Assembly: GCF_003918875.1 (NCBI RefSeq)
Contig: NW_025767406.1
Coordinates: 310,001-374,000 of the forward strand
DNA: 64,000 nt
Source: Haliotis rubra
Taxonomy: Eukaryota
Direction: 5' to 3'
Program-made: the position numbers and the translations under genes
Part shown: piece after piece, positions 60,781-64,000 of the stretch
Layout of the letters: each line of letters starts with the position of its first letter
How positions within the stretch are numbered: the first letter of the stretch is position 1
Notes under the pieces: model-generated
Told to the model about the DNA's origin: nothing
Seen by the model: the letters and a program-made list of their open reading frames with translations, nothing else
Database searches by the model: none

Positions 60781-62799
60781 CAATCACAAGTAGCGAGTGA
60801 TTTACACATGTATCGTCAGTATGAAATATTACAGTTCACAGTTTATTTAATGCTTTGACAGTCGCTGATTGTCATCGCGATCCGGGGGTCCAAGATCATT
60901 CCTGCTATGTTTACATTATCAAGTTACAGTCTCTGATAAGGAATTCTTCAACAGGGGATTATTGGAATCGTCTAAAGCCGAGACATACGTACTTCACTTC
61001 AAGTTAGGAATTGGCTTCATTCTTACTTGTATCACATTTTGACAGCTCTCGGAGTCGTGGCAACCTTTGTATTCATTCCGGGTCACATGACTTCCGGAAT
61101 GTATTGTTTACATTATCTGGATCCAGTTCCGGTTGCTGCAAGTTCGTACACTTTCAAGTTTCGAAGTTTATTGTACAGTTAATTCGTTTTAACAGCCCAG
61201 GGTTCTCAATCGCGAGTGGGATACAGCAAGGCCACTGCAAGACTACTACAGCCACGAGGACACAGGATGACGAGCAAGGTATCCAGTCAAGATGACAGTC
61301 AGTATCGTGTCGAGTGCTTGTATTTTCAGTTTGGTGCTTCATAAGTAAACTCGTTATTTGAACCTTATCTTTTGTTGTGTGATCCTTCTGCATTTCGCCA
61401 GTTTCGACATTCACTATCTGTTAGGTCCTTGTGATGCATTTTCACTAAACCTCGTCTCCGAGCTCCGTTATCTATTTTGTCACATTCTGTGACTGGTGGC
61501 ATCATCCATTTTACTTCTGTAGTTTGTCTGCTAGTTCTTATCGACTAGTCCTTGGCCGTTCCGTTACAATATTATATTTACAAATATTTTAGTCCAGTTG
61601 GCCCATTATTAGGTCACGATAACTTTGTCCAGTTTAAACCAATGCAAAGGAAGATAATATATCTTGGATGTATGCGCATGTTGATTTGTCGAATTATGCT
61701 TGTGCGTTTAACTTCGAATCCCGGGAATAGTATATCTATAAACGCGAATGGCAAGTCGAAATATCATAGTGACCGCAACAAGAATATTGTAGTATTACAT
61801 ATGTTTTGATGAATACAGTAATAGAACTGATTGATCGATGAAAACAAACTAGGTAGTTCGGGTGTCACACGACACATGACGTTGTACAATATTTTTGACG
61901 TCTTTTCATTCACAATCAATGTCATGCATGCTTAACCAATGACAACACGTAGACAGAACAACCTGCGGCGAACAATACCGTATAAATGATGTCACACCAG
62001 TTATTTGCTTTCATGTTGCTGGCGGTACTTAGTATTCGAATCGTGGAAATTGTATTTATCATCCAAAACTGTGTTCCACTGGCGATATTGTTTGTGTGAG
62101 ATCAAACGATATCTCCTAGGGGATACAGGATGTTTGACAGAACATTTTGCACAATGCCCTGACGTGCCCTGACGTCATCAATTACATGACTCACAATGCT
62201 ATGACGTCAAAAACCTGATGATATCATAATCCTATGACGTCATAAACTTGATGACATCACAGTGCTATGACATTGCCGCACTACAAGTCTAATAGCAGTG
62301 CAGTGTGCAGAGATGAACATTTTTATTGAAAACTAATGAAGAGTGATTTGGGATGATTAATAGAATCTCACCCTCGTGTCTTTTAATATCCAATATCTCA
62401 ACACTCGTTGATAAAAGTAAATATCACCTCGACAAGCCTGGATATTGGTAACTTTATCAACTCGCGTTGATATAATTGATATCAGTAGACACTTGGGTGG
62501 GGGTGGGGGTTTCTCTGTATACCTATGCCTTACCTGAGGATCCAGATTTGGGACTGCATTCACTTCTGACAGAGCCAGCCGTTCCGGATACTGGAACAAA
62601 CACGCAAATATTATCTCTTGTGAAAGCCGATTGCAAATACATGCTGATCCAACCTACCAGACTCGCTTGTCAAGAATAAAACTTTTCCCTGATTCGATAA
62701 ATAAAACGTATGTACATGCAAAGGGAAGAAAAGCTGTCAACTGGACAAACAGATGGAATATATCGATAATCGCCAGGGTATACGTTCCGATAAATCCCC

Positions 62800-63218
62800 A
62801 CTAGTACCCTGGATGCATCTACGGCTTAATTTTATTGCCTCCCTTTGCTGGCTTTTTATCCAATCAGGTGTCTATGCTGGGAAGATGAACGTACCAATCA
62901 TAAGGCTTCTATCATAACTCACTTTCGGTTTTTTTTATCTAACCGATTAAACTTGGCACCGCAATTGTTGCAGAGGTACTCTGAAAGAGGTAGAAGGAGT
63001 TCTTGCATTATATTTTTCAGGTTTCAGAACTATCATTTTGTGTGTATTTTCCCCTAAGTCTTATTCTAACACCTTCGCGGCTTCGGCCGCTATATTTGTT
63101 GACACTGGCAAGCCCGGTTGTAACGGCTTATCTGATTGGCTACTGTGAGAAGGCGGACCCATCAAAGGGAGGTAGTAAAATTATCTAGCCGAGCCGTAGA
63201 TACATCCAGGGTACTAGT
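62800..63218. mobile_element. MITE with ~27-bp TIRs
   Basis: actagtaccctggatgcatctacggct / agccgtagatacatccagggtactagt; similarity continues inward (ttttattgcctccctttg / caaagggaggtagtaaaa). Confidence 0.85.
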
Positions 63219-63622
63219 AAGTGGAGAGTTATCGAGGATGATGGTACAGGGAAAAGTAGGAAACGTAAAATAAAATGACGACAGCAGGTGTTCCTGCGCA
63301 TGTCAGGTAGTAGTAGTTATCGGGAATAGAATTGATCTCCAGTAACCCATGCTTGTCGCAAGAGGTGACTAACGGGATCGGGTGGTTCGGCTCGCTGACT
63401 TGGTTGACACATGTCATCGTATCCCAATTGTGCAGATCGATGTTCATGCTGTTGATCACTGGATTGCCTGGTCCATACTCGATTATTTACAGACCGCCGC
63501 CTTATTGCTGGAATATTGCTGAGTGCGGCGTAAAACTTAACTCACTCATTCCCTCTCGATTCTGCGGATGTATTGCTGAAACTGGCGCCAAGTACCACTG
63601 ACTCTCTTCATGTCTCACTTAC

Positions 63623-63717
63623 CCCTCCCGGAACACTTGGAACAGTACCCCCTCTACAGCATCTCTTCATGAGTAAGTTGTTGCAGTCGGTGTCACGGTT
63701 GCAGGCCATGTTTGGTT
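63623..63717 (-). CDS. Internal exon encoding a small Cys-rich module (PNMACNRDTDCNNLLMKRCCRGG...), probable 1-bp frameshift in a G run
   Basis: Acceptor ttaattcttcag| at 63718, donor GGG|GTAAGT at 63622; C-x5-C-x7-CC pattern; 95 bp as assembled. Confidence 0.62.
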
Positions 63718-63774
63718 CTGAAGAATTAACACCGTTAATGTCACTCGGTGCTGTTAATGCTGACATATAAAGTA

Positions 63775-64000
63775 GAATATTTATAACGGCTTCTAGGCTT
63801 CATTTCCAGCTCAAAGCGCACAAATATAATCTTATCATTATTATCCCGGATAACCCAGACTAGTAGGCCAGAAGGTTAATAGACACATGACTTATCCCAC
63901 CAGGTACCCATTTACTGCTGGGTGAACAGAGGTAATTTTGAACAAACTCACTTGCCTTAGGTGAGACCACATGTATCACATGTGTTTCGTTGTGGGGCAG
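63775..64000 (-). mobile_element. CORE-SINE (head runs off the window)
   Basis: ggtacccatttactgctgggtgaacagag is the reverse complement of the CORE segment. Confidence 0.7.

Noticed and set aside
60274-60800. Thr/Val-, Gln- or Cys-Asp-rich ORFs (antifreeze- or mucin-like)
   Set aside because: Hexamer microsatellite open in four frames

Overview
This is repeat-rich, AT-rich eukaryotic DNA, not prokaryotic: I found no operons, CRISPR arrays, rRNA or true tRNA genes. The SINE repertoire (CORE-, Nin/Deu- and Meta-type domains; a shared tail GCTGGAATATTGCT..GCGGCGTAAAAC(ACTC)n) points to a mollusc, probably a gastropod such as abalone; this is recognition from memory, not a search. Pieces of two minus-strand host genes are visible. 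(i) A first coding exon encoding a signal peptide (14199-14274) opens into an intron running left; no later exon was identified. (ii) The 3' end of a Cys-module / Ser-Thr-stalk / putative GPI-anchored surface protein has exons at 63623-63717 and 58408-58811. The ~44 kb between them holds about 30 SINE copies, a decayed near-full-length RTE/BovB-type LINE inside a 33-bp satellite, fragments of L2, CR1, I/Nimb and Penelope retroelements, a Tc1 relic, several MITEs and many tandem arrays. All very long ORFs in the ORF track are satellite artefacts. The best candidate for an undescribed system is an abundant ~240-bp retroposon with no tRNA head. Its 5'-intact copies start at the same base, in a compact pseudoknotted RNA module with an apparent compensatory change (candidate ribozyme or internal promoter). 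The window also shows SINE parts seeding satellites at three scales. Boundaries of degenerate repeats are approximate (+/-10-20 bp). There are two N-gaps (9099-9262, 31863-31991).
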